DNA from: Oligoflexales bacterium
GTDB taxonomy: Bacteria > Bdellovibrionota_B > Oligoflexia > Oligoflexales > RGVZ01
Length of the DNA: 64,000 nt
Assembly (NCBI GenBank): GCA_044236265.1
Contig: JBIIGV010000002.1
Location: 13,280-77,279, forward strand
Direction of reading: 5' to 3'
Each line of letters starts with the position of its first letter. The first letter of the stretch is position 1. The position numbers were made by a program, and so were the translations under genes. Below the pieces are notes generated by a model, which did not search any database, was not told the origin of the DNA, and worked only from the letters and a program-made list of their open reading frames with translations. Positions 30,001 to 42,051 of this stretch are shown here, piece after piece.

Positions 30001-31845
30001 ATGTCATTCAATGCTTTTGGAGCAAAAATAAAGGTAATTGGCGTCGGCGGAGGTGGCGGAAACGCTGTCAACACAATGATTCGCTCTGGTCTTGAAGGCG
30101 TTGATTTTATCGTAGCAAACACTGACGCTCAAGCACTCAAGGCATCTCTTGCTCCTCATAAAATTCAACTTGGTAAAGACCTGACAAAGGGCCTTGGAGC
30201 CGGCGCAGATCCAGATATTGGACGTGACGCCGCTCTGGAAGACCGCATGGAGCTGCAAGATTATTTAAGTGATGCCGACATGGTATTTATCACAGCTGGT
30301 ATGGGTGGTGGCACAGGAACCGGAGCTGCAGCTGTTGTCGCTCAAATCGCTAGAGAGCTCGGCGCTTTGACAGTTGCCGTCGTAACAAAGCCTTTTGCTT
30401 TCGAAGGAAAAAGACGTCGCAAGCATGCTGAGCAAGGCGTTGCTAGACTTCGCGAGTGTGTCGACACGCTGATTACAATTCCCAACCAAAGACTTCTTCA
30501 GGTAGCAACTCCTGACTTAAGCATGCTCGACGCATTTAAACTCGCTGACAATGTTCTTGTAAATGCAGTGCGCGGCATTAGTGACATTATCAATACGCCT
30601 GGCTTAATTAACGTCGATTTTGCAGACGTTAAGACAGTGATGAGCAGCATGGGTCACGCCCTTATGGGGATTGGTTACGGCTCTGGGACTGAGCGAGCCC
30701 TGTCAGCAGCAAAGCAGGCTATATCGTCACCCCTTCTTGAGGACGTAGATATTGAGGGCGCCACTGGCATCCTGATCAACATCACGGCAGGAACAAACGT
30801 TTCTATCATGGAAGTAAATAACGCTTGTATGGTCATCCAGGAAGCGGCCCATGAAGACGCAAATATCATATTTGGAGCCGTCATCGACGAAACGTTGGGT
30901 GACGAAATTCGCATTACAGTTATTGCAACAGGGTTTCCCGTTGAAGAGGGATTGCCTGTTGATGACAGCGCAGGCCTCACCACTAGAAGCCTTGCCTCCT
31001 CCAACTCGCCGCGAGTGATAGGACACACCACACCAGTCCCACAGAGACTGGTAAGCCCGCCACGGCTGACGTCTCCTTCAATTGTCACACCGAAGGCTGC
31101 GCCGACGCCCCAAGTAACTGCTCCTCGCACAATCTTGACGCCGCCACCTGCGGTCGTGACTCAAGAGGCTATTGCGCCGCAAGTTGTTGCTCCAGTGCAA
31201 ACGGTGCGTGTCGATGTTTCGCACATTCAGCGACCAGCCCACACCACCCCACAGGTACCCGTAGTGAGCGCTCCAGTCGTTCCAGTCATCGAAACTCCTA
31301 GTGAAATCACGGCAAAACCCATCGATGCTGCTTTGGAAGCTGCCGCTCTTGCGCAGTGGACTTTAGAAGAACAGGGCTTTAGCCATCCAGACATGTCAGA
31401 TGAGCTGGCTGAACTTGAAATTTCACGATCAGAGGCCCCTGGAACGCCTGTTTTTGCTCCTTCCACACCTGTAACGCAACCAACCAAGACCGTTGCTGAG
31501 CTTGTTTTTGCAGACGATACAACCTCGCCATCGATTGAGGCCAATAATGAGGGCGTTGAGCAAGAATTTGAAATGTGGTCTAGTGAGCTCCGCGAAGAGC
31601 GCGCTGGGGCGACACTCGCGGCATCAGAAGCGCCTTGGGAGTTTGATGCTCCAAACCCTGAGCTCGTATCCAACGAGATCGATCGCCGAATTGACGAAGC
31701 GTTGGCTCTCGCTGGAAAAATGAGTCAAGTAAAGGCCGAGACGAATGCGGTTGCAGGAGCCTCAGAGCAGCAAGAGCTAGACATGGATGACCTGGATCTT
31801 CCAGCTTTCTTGCGCTATGGATCTGATGCGCGTCAGGGCAGCTAA
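30001..31845 (+). CDS. ftsZ: Cell division protein FtsZ with a very long C-terminal linker
   Basis: [35 protein letters not shown] and C-terminal [10 protein letters not shown]. Confidence 0.98.
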   Translation: MSFNAFGAKIKVIGVGGGGGNAVNTMIRSGLEGVDFIVANTDAQALKASLAPHKIQLGKDLTKGLGAGADPDIGRDAALEDRMELQDYLSDADMVFITAGMGGGTGTGAAAVVAQIARELGALTVAVVTKPFAFEGKRRRKHAEQGVARLRECVDTLITIPNQRLLQVATPDLSMLDAFKLADNVLVNAVRGISDIINTPGLINVDFADVKTVMSSMGHALMGIGYGSGTERALSAAKQAISSPLLEDVDIEGATGILINITAGTNVSIMEVNNACMVIQEAAHEDANIIFGAVIDETLGDEIRITVIATGFPVEEGLPVDDSAGLTTRSLASSNSPRVIGHTTPVPQRLVSPPRLTSPSIVTPKAAPTPQVTAPRTILTPPPAVVTQEAIAPQVVAPVQTVRVDVSHIQRPAHTTPQVPVVSAPVVPVIETPSEITAKPIDAALEAAALAQWTLEEQGFSHPDMSDELAELEISRSEAPGTPVFAPSTPVTQPTKTVAELVFADDTTSPSIEANNEGVEQEFEMWSSELREERAGATLAASEAPWEFDAPNPELVSNEIDRRIDEALALAGKMSQVKAETNAVAGASEQQELDMDDLDLPAFLRYGSDARQGS

Positions 31846-31869
31846 GTTCTAGAAAGACGACCGAGCATA

Positions 31870-31905
31870 AAGCCCCCAAGGGAGATCAACCCTTGGGGGC
31901 TTATT
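31870..31905. terminator. Probable bidirectional terminator between ftsZ and a convergent gene
   Basis: 13-bp stem AAGCCCCCAAGGG/CCCTTGGGGGCTT with a 7-nt loop and A/T-rich flanks. Confidence 0.8.
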
Positions 31906-31927
31906 CATTTACAGGGAATACAGTCTT

Positions 31928-32881
31928 TTAAAGAGCGTTTACCGGAGTCATTTTCTGCCCGCGCTCTTGGCCAAATACGACCGGAGGCACGCCCTCGACT
32001 GGCGGTTTTTTTTCTACTGTTCCAGCATTAAAATAGTCAGAAAGGCGTGGCTCTGAAGACTTTGCAGCACCAAATCTTGACTCAGCCCAACGAAAGAGGA
32101 TGTCTCCAATGGAGCCGCCAATGGTTAGTCTTCGTTTACCCCATATTTTTGATTCCATTGCAGAGATTATGGCAGCGCCGCTTAATGGCTCCGTCGAGGT
32201 CAAATCTATGATCCGGCAGTATGAGCCGCTATCCTTAATTTTTAACGCATCATCAACAGCCAGTAAAATGTCTTGAACCGTCGTGAGCACCACGCCGCCA
32301 AGCTTTTGCGGAAGAGGCAATATCAAGGGCATCTTTGCAAGTGAGGCTGCAGCCTTGATAAACCCGCTGTCAGAGAGCCCACCGCTGATGACACCTGCAC
32401 GAATAATGATCTTTTCTGGAATTGAAGAATTTAAAATAATATTTTCAGCCCAGTATTTCTCTCTAAGCACTGTGCTATTAGCACTTCGATCGACACCAAC
32501 CCAGCTTAAGAAAACTATTTTCCTCGCGTTAGACCGTTCCATGGCCCGTACAAGATTTTGTGTCATGACGACATTCGAGGAAACCTGAATCTGAGCATCT
32601 GAAGGATAATGGCCATGAAGGCTTGGCGCTCCCAAGACATCACCCTGCCAAGCGAGATGGATCACGGTATCGGTGGACTTTAGCGCAGCCATGGCGCTGT
32701 CCGGTTGTAACAGATCCCCGCAAAGCGGAAGAAAATTATTTAGCGCTTTGGGCAGCTGATTTCTATAAAGGCCAATGGCGTGTTTACCTTGGCTAGATAA
32801 ATGTTCAGAAATTTTTTGACCAATCTGTCCTGCGGAACCGGTTATGAATGCGGTTCTACGATTAGACGACGAACTTGTCAT
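31928..32881 (-). CDS. NAD(P)-binding SDR/epimerase family protein (atypical, NDUFA9-like)
   Basis: ITGSAGQIG Rossmann motif, VIHLA, FLS and K..AE. Confidence 0.75.
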   Translation of the reverse strand: MTSSSSNRRTAFITGSAGQIGQKISEHLSSQGKHAIGLYRNQLPKALNNFLPLCGDLLQPDSAMAALKSTDTVIHLAWQGDVLGAPSLHGHYPSDAQIQVSSNVVMTQNLVRAMERSNARKIVFLSWVGVDRSANSTVLREKYWAENIILNSSIPEKIIIRAGVISGGLSDSGFIKAAASLAKMPLILPLPQKLGGVVLTTVQDILLAVDDALKIKDSGSYCRIIDLTSTEPLSGAAIISAMESKIWGKRRLTIGGSIGDILFRWAESRFGAAKSSEPRLSDYFNAGTVEKKPPVEGVPPVVFGQERGQKMTPVNAL

Positions 32882-32930
32882 GACCTAAGCCTCCCCAATC
32901 AGCATTTAACGCTACTAATTGCTTGGACTA

Positions 32931-34040
32931 TTATAGCAAGGAGTCATAAATCTTGAGAGTTTTTTGAGCTATTTCCAACCAGCTGGGAAGCCGCAGTTGA
33001 TCCAATCCCGTTGGGGCCTTGCCCACAAGGGCATCGAACGCACTAATCCACTCATCCACCGGGGAATCTGGCTTCATGGCTTTTACTTGTTTTTTTCCAT
33101 ATCCCGCCACCTCATCAATCCCAGATCCCCTGCAGTAAAGCAATATGAGGCCCCGAGCTAAAGCGTCAGAGGCTGGCAGGCACCACCCTTCATAAAGTGA
33201 CGGGTGAATTAATATTTTTGAGTTCGAATAAAGCTCTTCTAGTTCAACGTTTGAAACGTTTTGCAGAACAGTCAAATTTCGCGGAGAATTTTGCAATGAT
33301 TTTGCGCCAAGAGCATCTGTAACAACGGTGAAAGATCTGTGACTTAGTGCGGATGCTATCTCCGAGATAAAATGAAGACGCTTATATCCTTCACCTCGCG
33401 AAATCGTAAGCCCGTCAATAGAACGTGCAGACCATTCTTTCATTGGGGTCTGTGAGGGCGTTGTGCCGTAGCCTAAAATTTCAATTTTTTCACTAACGCC
33501 GATTCCGTAACGCTCAAGAATCTGAATTTTTGTCCATTGCGATGGGGTTAGAATCTTATCAGCTCGTTTAATCACGCCTGGTAACAACGTTAGGTATTGA
33601 AGATAGAGCGGAGTGATTTCTTCAAGATTAAGAGGTGTTAAGTCATGGACTGTTACGACAAAACGGTCACCAGTTCGTTTACGGGCGAAGACTGGTAGAT
33701 TGATGTTGCTTAGGCCGTGAAAAATAACGCTTTGATTATTCCATCTTTCTTTGGCGGCCGCGTATGTCACGCTTGGATAAAATGGCTTGAGTCGTTCCAA
33801 TTTTGAAAAAAAAGTGCCTTGGCGAGCTTGGATTTTTATCCTTTGCTCCTCAGCAGTAAATTCGATCGCTTCATCAGTAAACGCAAGAATACTTGGCTGG
33901 CAACCAAGCTCATTCAAAGAACTACATAGATTGCGACCATAAACGCCAACGCCGCTGTTGGGATGTGCCAAACCGAGACCATCCCAGACAATCTGTGGAC
34001 GACCAACACGCTCCACATCTGTCGGCAACGATGTAGTCAT
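32931..34040 (-). CDS. Glycosyltransferase family 4
   Basis: SGVGVY, VVTVHDL and PSLYEGWCLP..DALA.G motifs. Confidence 0.85.
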   Translation of the reverse strand: MTTSLPTDVERVGRPQIVWDGLGLAHPNSGVGVYGRNLCSSLNELGCQPSILAFTDEAIEFTAEEQRIKIQARQGTFFSKLERLKPFYPSVTYAAAKERWNNQSVIFHGLSNINLPVFARKRTGDRFVVTVHDLTPLNLEEITPLYLQYLTLLPGVIKRADKILTPSQWTKIQILERYGIGVSEKIEILGYGTTPSQTPMKEWSARSIDGLTISRGEGYKRLHFISEIASALSHRSFTVVTDALGAKSLQNSPRNLTVLQNVSNVELEELYSNSKILIHPSLYEGWCLPASDALARGLILLYCRGSGIDEVAGYGKKQVKAMKPDSPVDEWISAFDALVGKAPTGLDQLRLPSWLEIAQKTLKIYDSLL

Positions 34041-34052
34041 TAAAAAACCTAG

Positions 34053-34478
34053 TTAATGCAACGCTTTCGTAGCGCCAGCGATTTCAAGACGGTGCTCAGC
34101 ACGCTTCTTTGCGCTTAGTGCACGCGGCACGTCAACTCCCCCAGATTTTGCCTGAAGCAGTTGCTCCTCCGCTTTTATGAGAGCTTTTTTTGCACGATCC
34201 ACATTTATTTCCGTTGGCTTTTCGATCACGTTTGCCAAAACCGTCACTGCGTCACGTGAAACATCGACAAAACCACCGGACACGAAAAGCTTTTCTGCAG
34301 ATGTTGAGCCACTCTCTAAAACGAGGGTTCCTATGCCCAGCTCGGCAACCATGGGCGTGTGCCCAGGCAGTAGCGTCATGTAGCCAAGCTCACCAGGAAG
34401 TCCCAGCGCCCTCGCAGGTCCGCGGAAAATGATTCGCTCAGGAGAAAGAACCCTGACTTGTAATTCGCTTTGTAGCAT
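34053..34478 (-). CDS. atpC: ATP synthase F1 epsilon
   Basis: LSPER, LPGHTP and FVSGGF. Confidence 0.95.
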   Translation of the reverse strand: MLQSELQVRVLSPERIIFRGPARALGLPGELGYMTLLPGHTPMVAELGIGTLVLESGSTSAEKLFVSGGFVDVSRDAVTVLANVIEKPTEINVDRAKKALIKAEEQLLQAKSGGVDVPRALSAKKRAEHRLEIAGATKALH

Positions 34479-34500
34479 CTAATAGCTCCTAGCTTAGTCA

Positions 34501-34526
34501 AGCACCCCGCTATTTTAGCGGGGGCT
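34501..34526 (-). other. Intercistronic hairpin between atpD and atpC
   Basis: CCCCGCTA-AAA-TAGCGGGG stem with no U tract; more likely an mRNA stability element than a terminator. Confidence 0.5.
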
Positions 34527-34535
34527 CACTTCGTG

Positions 34536-35972
<1,437 letters not shown>

Positions 35973-36010
35973 TTAAAGTTTTTCAAAATTAAATTTAATT
36001 TTCACTGTTT

Positions 36011-36874
36011 CTACAATGCGTCAGCACCGCTTGTGATCTCGATCAGCTCCTTGGTAATTGCCGCCTGACGTCCACGGTTATACTGCAAGGTCAGTTTTCG
36101 AATCACTTCTTTTGCGTTTTTAGTCGCCGAATCCATAGCCGTCATGCGCGCGCCATGTTCGCTGGCCGCTGATTCCAACAGAATACGGAACATTCTTGAA
36201 ACAACGAGTTTTTGCAAAAGAGGCTCAAGCAGCTTCTCAGCAACTGGCTCCACAATAATATTGGATCCCACATCATTTGCAGCACTGGCCTTTGGCGTTA
36301 CAGGCAGTACTTGTTTGATAACAGGAACCTGACTAAGGGCGCTCTTAAACTCAACAAACGCAACGTGCACTGCGTCGTAAGTGCCATCGAGATACGTTGT
36401 AACAACCTCGTTAGCAAGGTCCAGAGCGACATCGTAACGAGGCTTCTCTGTTACTTTTTCGCGTTCACCAAGCAGACTCCAGCGCACTTTACGGCAGAAC
36501 ATGCCTGAGCGTCGTCCCCAAGCCATGACGTCAAATTTAACGCCCTGCTCCTGGCGCTCTTTAATGTAACGATTCGTTACTTTAAAAAGTGCTGAGTTTA
36601 AGCTTCCACAAAGACCTCGGTCAGTGGCCACTAAAACCAATAGTTCTTTTTTATGCTGGCCTCTCGTTTCGGTTAGGCGCGACGGAACGTCGCCAGCTGC
36701 CGCGACGACCTTTTCCACCATATCCTCGAATCCATCGCCGTATGGACGAGCGGCGATGACAGCATGATTTGCTCTCGCAAATTTGGCCGCTGACACCAGC
36801 TTCATCGCGTGCGTAATCTTCTGCGTGTTTTTCACGCTGACGATTCGACGCTTAATGTCCTTTAGACTAGGCAT
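36011..36874 (-). CDS. atpG: ATP synthase F1 gamma
   Basis: [25 protein letters not shown] and RQAAITKEL. Confidence 0.98.
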   Translation of the reverse strand: MPSLKDIKRRIVSVKNTQKITHAMKLVSAAKFARANHAVIAARPYGDGFEDMVEKVVAAAGDVPSRLTETRGQHKKELLVLVATDRGLCGSLNSALFKVTNRYIKERQEQGVKFDVMAWGRRSGMFCRKVRWSLLGEREKVTEKPRYDVALDLANEVVTTYLDGTYDAVHVAFVEFKSALSQVPVIKQVLPVTPKASAANDVGSNIIVEPVAEKLLEPLLQKLVVSRMFRILLESAASEHGARMTAMDSATKNAKEVIRKLTLQYNRGRQAAITKELIEITSGADAL

Positions 36875-38381
36875 TTACTTTGAATCCTTTCGAGAACTCT
36901 TCGATTGCTTTTTTGAGATCGCCCTCAACATCGGCAAGTTTTGCCCTTTGTTCGATTTTCGCTAGAACAGGGGCGTACTTCGCATTTAGATGCTCAGCCA
37001 AACCTTTTTCAAAAGCCAAAACCTGAGAAACTTCGACGTTGTCTAGATAGCCCTTCGTAGCGGCATATATAATTGCGACTTGAAGTCCGACGTGCATTGG
37101 GACGTACTGACCCTGCTTTAGAATTTCTACAAGGCGCGCGCCGCGGGAGAGCGCTCTCTGTGTTGCGGCGTCAAGGTCAGAACCAAACTGCGCAAACGCA
37201 GCTAGTTCGCGATACTGTGCAAGCTCAAGACGAAGGTTACCGGCAACCGACTTCATTGCTGGCACCTGCGCAGAACCCCCTACCCGGCTTACAGAAAGGC
37301 CCGCGTTAATGGCTGGGCGAATTCCGGAGAAGAATAAGTCGGCTTCGAGGAATATCTGTCCGTCAGTGATCGAAATTACGTTTGTAGGAATATAGGCCGA
37401 AATGTCACCTGCTTGAGTTTCAATTACAGGGAACGCCGTAATCGATCCTCCACCCAGATCATCGTTCAGCTTACAAGCGCGCTCCAAAAGGCGGCTGTGA
37501 AGATAGAAGACGTCTCCTGGATAGGCTTCGCGTCCTGGAGGACGTCTTAGAAGAAGCGATAGTTCGCGGTAGGCTGCCGCTTGTTTTGACAAGTCATCGT
37601 AGAAGATAACGGCATGCTCACCCTTGTCGCGGAAATATTCAGCCATACGGCAACCGGAGTATGGAGCAAGGAACTGCATTGGAGCAGGATCGAGTGCAGT
37701 CGCTGCAACGACGATGGTGTAATCCATAGCGCCGGCCTTTTTAAGCTTGTCTACAACCTGCGCAACCGTAGAGGCTTTTTGACCAATGGCAACATAAACA
37801 CAAACAACACCCTTGCCCTTTTGATTGATGATCGTATCGATCGTAACGGCGGTCTTGCCGGTCTGACGGTCACCAATGATGAGCTCGCGCTGGCCGCGAC
37901 CAATTGGCACCATCGCATCAATAGCTTTGATACCTGTTTGCAGAGGTTCGTGAACGGACTTACGAGCAATAATGCCGGGCGCCTTAACTTCGACTTTACC
38001 ACGCTCATCGGACTTGATGGGGCCTTGCCCATCTATGGGATTGCCGAGCGCATCTACAACGCGACCCAAAAGACCGCGACCAACTGGGACCGCGTTAATT
38101 TCATTAAGACGCTTTACGCTGTGGCCTTCTTGAATTTCGTCTGTTTTTCCGAGAACGGCAACACCGACGTTGTCTTCTTCAAGGTTCAAAACTACGCCAC
38201 GAACGCCGTTTTGGAATTCTACAAGCTCTCCGGACTTTACGCCCTCCAAACCATAAACGCGGGCAATCCCGTCACCCACGGTTAATACGGTTCCAGTTTC
38301 AATCAACTCAGCCTTTTGGCCAAAGTTTTTGATACGGTCACTGATAATCCTGCTTACTTCCTCAACTCTAATCTTATCCAT
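36867..38381 (-). CDS. atpA: ATP synthase F1 alpha
   Basis: GDRQTGKT and [23 protein letters not shown]. Confidence 0.99.
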   Translation of the reverse strand: MDKIRVEEVSRIISDRIKNFGQKAELIETGTVLTVGDGIARVYGLEGVKSGELVEFQNGVRGVVLNLEEDNVGVAVLGKTDEIQEGHSVKRLNEINAVPVGRGLLGRVVDALGNPIDGQGPIKSDERGKVEVKAPGIIARKSVHEPLQTGIKAIDAMVPIGRGQRELIIGDRQTGKTAVTIDTIINQKGKGVVCVYVAIGQKASTVAQVVDKLKKAGAMDYTIVVAATALDPAPMQFLAPYSGCRMAEYFRDKGEHAVIFYDDLSKQAAAYRELSLLLRRPPGREAYPGDVFYLHSRLLERACKLNDDLGGGSITAFPVIETQAGDISAYIPTNVISITDGQIFLEADLFFSGIRPAINAGLSVSRVGGSAQVPAMKSVAGNLRLELAQYRELAAFAQFGSDLDAATQRALSRGARLVEILKQGQYVPMHVGLQVAIIYAATKGYLDNVEVSQVLAFEKGLAEHLNAKYAPVLAKIEQRAKLADVEGDLKKAIEEFSKGFKVNA

Positions 38382-38400
38382 AGTGCCTCATTGTCCTTTC

Positions 38401-38940
38401 TTAACGCTGCGCAAATTCGGCGACAGAATTCAAACGATTTTTCAAACTCAGATCGATAGTGTAATTGCCCAAATGTACAACGACACCGCCAAGAACTTCT
38501 TTGTTCACTTCGTTATCCAATGTGATTTTTTTGGAGAAGAGCTTTTCGAGGGCTGCTGTTAGCTCCTTTTTTGCGGAATCCGACATCGGTTCAGCCGTAA
38601 CAGCGGTTGCCCCTGCAAAACCGCGCTTGGCTGCAAGCATTTCGCGGTATGCCTTGGAAATTTGCGGAATGTAAGCCGTGCGACCAGCGTCCACCACTTG
38701 ATTTACGAAATTGGTGAACTCAGCAGGTGCTTTAGCCTTATCTGCGGCATACGCCAAGACGGCTTTTTTAAGGTCCGAGGGCATGACGGGACTTTTCAAA
38801 ACTTTTTTCGTTTCAGTCTCAGCGAAAAGCTCGTCGCAGAGAGAAAGAAATGTCACGGCCTTGTCAGCAAGCGCATCTTCTTTGTCTGATATGCTCAAAA
38901 GAGCTTTCGCGTATCGATTTGCAATAAAACTTGAGCTCAT
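38401..38940 (-). CDS. atpH: ATP synthase delta
   Basis: IANRYAKAL and LGGVVV...IDLSL. Confidence 0.95.
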   Translation of the reverse strand: MSSSFIANRYAKALLSISDKEDALADKAVTFLSLCDELFAETETKKVLKSPVMPSDLKKAVLAYAADKAKAPAEFTNFVNQVVDAGRTAYIPQISKAYREMLAAKRGFAGATAVTAEPMSDSAKKELTAALEKLFSKKITLDNEVNKEVLGGVVVHLGNYTIDLSLKNRLNSVAEFAQR

Positions 38941-38971
38941 ATTGTTCTCCGGAGCTTGGCCTTTGTCTGCG

Positions 38972-39487
38972 TTACTGAGGTAGCGTCATGTGAGACGTTT
39001 CGGAAATTTTGGACTTAAGAATTTTGTCTTTTGAGGACGAGTCTAGTTCTTTCTGAATTTTTTCTTCGGCCTGTTGCTTTGCGGCCAATACAATCTCATG
39101 ACGAAGCTCTCGCCTGGCGCGATCGATTGCATCAACGGCCAATCGGCTGGTCTCATCACGAAGATGGCGGACGAACTTCTCCGCATCTTCTAACAATCGT
39201 TTTGATTCTTCATGCGCGGCCTTTTCACTTTGTGCGGCGAATGATCTCAATTCGTCTTCAAGCGCGTCAAAACGAGATTTAGTTTCAGCAAATGTATTTT
39301 TTGCCTCTTCAAGAGCCGCAGCAGCGGCCTTTGATGCTTTGAGGTAGTTGTCGCGCTTTGACTGCGCCATTGCCGCCAATGGTTTTCTAAAAAGATAAAC
39401 GGCCGCCGCAAGAAATACGGCGAAATTAAAGTAAGGAATCAAAACAGCGCTGGTTAGATCTAGATGATGTTCCAATTTAAACTCCAC
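38972..39487 (-). CDS. atpF: ATP synthase F0 subunit b
   Basis: NFAVF TM segment plus long coiled coil; upstream of atpH. Confidence 0.88.
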   Translation of the reverse strand: MEFKLEHHLDLTSAVLIPYFNFAVFLAAAVYLFRKPLAAMAQSKRDNYLKASKAAAAALEEAKNTFAETKSRFDALEDELRSFAAQSEKAAHEESKRLLEDAEKFVRHLRDETSRLAVDAIDRARRELRHEIVLAAKQQAEEKIQKELDSSSKDKILKSKISETSHMTLPQ

Positions 39488-39525
39488 ATATCAACAATAG
39501 TCATCAAACAGATGACCCGTTCAAA

Positions 39526-39957
39526 TCAATGGGTAACCTGTGCAAAGAAGCTTTCGGCGATTTCCTTAATGGTTGCGTCCTTTCTTGAACGCTCTTCTTT
39601 CAGATTTGTTTCGATTTCAGAAAGAATCCGAGCCTGCTCCTTTTTGGCTTCGCTATCTGCTTGCGCCAACAGTGCCGCACGTTTTGTCATGGCGTCGCTT
39701 TTAATTTTTTCTCGAGTTGTTGCTGCGTCTTTGTGAGCTGCGCGCATGCGGCTTGTGATTTTGTCGCCGAGAGCATCGGCCTCCTTCAGAAGAGCTTGTG
39801 CTTCGTCCTGACTTCCACCAGTCGATGCTTCTCTGCGGCTTCTGACCGTTAGGTAGGGTTCAAGAATTAATTTTTTTACGACGATCATGTTAGCTAAAAA
39901 AATTGCTGCCTGAGCGCCAATAACTATCGGGTCTGGGGTGAGGTTCAATTGAGCCAT
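39526..39957 (-). CDS. ATP synthase F0 subunit b'
   Basis: N-terminal TM, LILEPY...R and coiled coil; tandem with subunit b. Confidence 0.85.
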   Translation of the reverse strand: MAQLNLTPDPIVIGAQAAIFLANMIVVKKLILEPYLTVRSRREASTGGSQDEAQALLKEADALGDKITSRMRAAHKDAATTREKIKSDAMTKRAALLAQADSEAKKEQARILSEIETNLKEERSRKDATIKEIAESFFAQVTH

Positions 39958-39981
39958 GAGTCTCTACCTGCTAATTGAGAA

Positions 39982-40032
39982 AAAATCTAAGCTATCATCA
40001 AATCGACAAGCGGCAGAGATAGCTTAGATTTT
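39982..40032. repeat. Perfect 15-bp inverted repeat between parB and atpF'
   Basis: AAAATCTAAGCTATC (39982-96) and GATAGCTTAGATTTT (40018-32), separated by 21 nt. Confidence 0.8.
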
Positions 40033-40087
40033 CCATTGCGGCAACAGTGATTTATCGGGGGATATAGAGTTTCCCGACAAGTGATGA

Positions 40088-41053
40088 TCAATTCATCTTG
40101 TGACCAAAGACGGCCAACAAGCGCTCTAGCTCGGAGGCAGAGAAATAGGAGATTTCAATCTTACCTTTGGCCGCATTTCCGGAAATTTTTACCTTTGTCT
40201 TGAGGGTTCCGCGAAGGCTATCCGCAAGATATTCGAGATCCGCAGCATCTTTTCCTGTTCTACCGCCAGGCGTTTGCTGGTTTGTTTTATAATTTTTAAC
40301 TAACTGCTCAGTTTGACGAACATTTAAAGATTTTTTAATAATAATATCTCTGGCTCTTAAAATCAGCTTTCTATCATCAATCGATAGCAACGCTCGACCA
40401 TGGCCCATAGTTAGACGGCTCTCAACCAGATCGTCTTGAACCTCCTTCGGCAGATGAAGGATTCGCAAAATATTTGCAACTGTAGAACGCTCTTTGCCCA
40501 CTTTTTCAGCACATTGCTCTTGAGTTAGGCCAAAATCGTTAATTAGCGACTGGTAAGCCTCCGCCTCTTCAAGCACGTTTAAATCTTGTCTTTGAATATT
40601 TTCGATTAACGCAACCCGAAGCTGTTCCTGATCGGACATCGGCTCGCGAATAATGGCTGGAATTTTGTCGAGTCCAGCCAAACGGCTCGCTCGTAGTCGA
40701 CGCTCACCAGCTATTAGAAGATAGCGCCCTGGGGTCTCCGTTTTGGTGACAGTAATAGGCTGAATGACGCCGTCAACCTTGATGCTGGCGGCCAGCGCCT
40801 TTAGTTCTTCATCTTTGAATATTCTTCGCGGCTGATGTGGGTTTACTTCAATCAAATCTTGAGAAAGTTCCACAACACTTCCCTTGGCAACAACCTGGGC
40901 CGTCGATGTCTTTTCAGCACCTTGCCGCGATGAGGCTGGCGTAGATGATTTTACCGTTGATATAGAAGGCTCCTGATCATATTCACCCAAAAGTGATGTG
41001 ATGCCTTTCCCAAGCGAAGGTCTTTTCAGGCGGGGGTCGATTTTTTGTGTCAT
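40088..41053 (-). CDS. parB: Chromosome partitioning protein ParB
   Basis: LGKGITSLL, NPHQPR, AGERRLRA, ENIQRQDLN and an HTH. Confidence 0.97.
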   Translation of the reverse strand: MTQKIDPRLKRPSLGKGITSLLGEYDQEPSISTVKSSTPASSRQGAEKTSTAQVVAKGSVVELSQDLIEVNPHQPRRIFKDEELKALAASIKVDGVIQPITVTKTETPGRYLLIAGERRLRASRLAGLDKIPAIIREPMSDQEQLRVALIENIQRQDLNVLEEAEAYQSLINDFGLTQEQCAEKVGKERSTVANILRILHLPKEVQDDLVESRLTMGHGRALLSIDDRKLILRARDIIIKKSLNVRQTEQLVKNYKTNQQTPGGRTGKDAADLEYLADSLRGTLKTKVKISGNAAKGKIEISYFSASELERLLAVFGHKMN

Positions 41054-41886
41054 AGCTGAACTCCCTTAGGCTGGCCTTGCTCAGGCGAAAAGTTTTGGCT
41101 CTGTTTGGCTTCAGTCTTACGCGCCGTCTGACGACGAATAAGCTCACGGGCCACTTCCATATAGGCGATTGCTCCGGTGGAATTGATATCATACAAAATG
41201 ACTGGTTTCCCGTGCGACGGCGCTTCTGAGAGGCGCACGTTACGAGGGATCACCGTCGCAAACACCTCCCCTTGAAAGTGTGTGCGAATATCCTGCTCGA
41301 CTTGGTGACAAAGGTTATTGCGACGATCATACATCGTTAACAAAATACCCTCTCTTTCGAGGTCGGGGTTTAGTCGACGTTTGATTAAACCAACCGTCTT
41401 CAAGAGCTGGCTCAGGCCCTCCATCGCATAATATTCGCACTGCATGGGGATTAAAACAGAGTGCGCAGCCGTTAGAGCATTTACCGTTAAGATTCCCAAC
41501 GCTGGTGGACAGTCGATGATGATGTAATCGTAGATGTCATCGACCTGGGCAAGAGCGTCTTTCAGGCGAACCTCTCTGCCTATCGCTGTAACTAATTCTA
41601 TTTCTGCGCCGATCAGATCTTGGTTTGCGGCTGCCAGGTTGAGACATTTAAGCTCTGTGTGAAGTATGGCGGATTTGATTGGGGCTTCATCAACAAGGAC
41701 TTGGTACATGCTTGTTTGAATGGTTTCGGGGGAAATCCCTAGCCCACTGCCAGCATTAGCTTGAGGATCAAGGTCCACTAAAAGCACCTTTTTCTCAGCT
41801 GCGGCCAATGATGCGGCAATGTTTACAGATGTCGTGGTTTTGCCTACTCCACCCTTTTGATTCGAGACGGCGATGATGCGGGCCAT
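41050..41886 (-). CDS. parA: Chromosome partitioning ATPase ParA/Soj
   Basis: NQKGGVGKTT, DLDPQAN, IDCPP and IPRNVRLSEAPSHG. Start is ATG 41886 with a GGAGGA RBS, not the 41976 extension in the ORF track. Confidence 0.97.
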   Translation of the reverse strand: MARIIAVSNQKGGVGKTTTSVNIAASLAAAEKKVLLVDLDPQANAGSGLGISPETIQTSMYQVLVDEAPIKSAILHTELKCLNLAAANQDLIGAEIELVTAIGREVRLKDALAQVDDIYDYIIIDCPPALGILTVNALTAAHSVLIPMQCEYYAMEGLSQLLKTVGLIKRRLNPDLEREGILLTMYDRRNNLCHQVEQDIRTHFQGEVFATVIPRNVRLSEAPSHGKPVILYDINSTGAIAYMEVARELIRRQTARKTEAKQSQNFSPEQGQPKGVQL

Positions 41887-41919
41887 CGTTCCTCCAGTTT
41901 TCTGATTTATTCGTCCCGG

Positions 41920-41947
41920 AGTATAGCAAAAGTTGCTCGCGTGGCTA
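41920..41947 (-). promoter_or_regulatory. Probable parAB promoter
   Basis: Minus strand TAGCCA-N16-TATACT with an extended -10 TGc. Confidence 0.6.
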
Positions 41948-41959
41948 GGATCATTTTCA

Positions 41960-42051
41960 TGTTTCACGTGGAACATTCAAATTTTTTCAAAGCATAATGT
42001 TTCACGTGGAACACAAACCAAACCGAACCAAGAAATGTTTCACGTGAAACA
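41960..42051. promoter_or_regulatory. parS: Three parS centromere sites
   Basis: TGTTTCACGTGGAACA at 41960-75 and 41998-42013; perfect TGTTTCACGTGAAACA at 42036-51; directly upstream of parA. Confidence 0.95.

Noticed and set aside
37614..38285. Long antisense ORFs (this 223-aa one, 47754-48377, 54069-54605, 60495-61019 and others)
   Set aside because: They lie opposite well-supported genes and show no protein motifs; typical shadow ORFs.
41887..41976. ORF-track N-terminal extension of ParA beginning MFHVKH
   Set aside because: MFHVKH is simply the translation of a parS palindrome. ATG 41886 has a strong RBS and gives the canonical ParA N-terminus.
41960..42051. CRISPR-like repeat-spacer pattern (16-bp repeats, 22-bp spacers)
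   Set aside because: The repeats match the parS consensus, are too short for CRISPR, lie next to parAB, and no cas genes are present.
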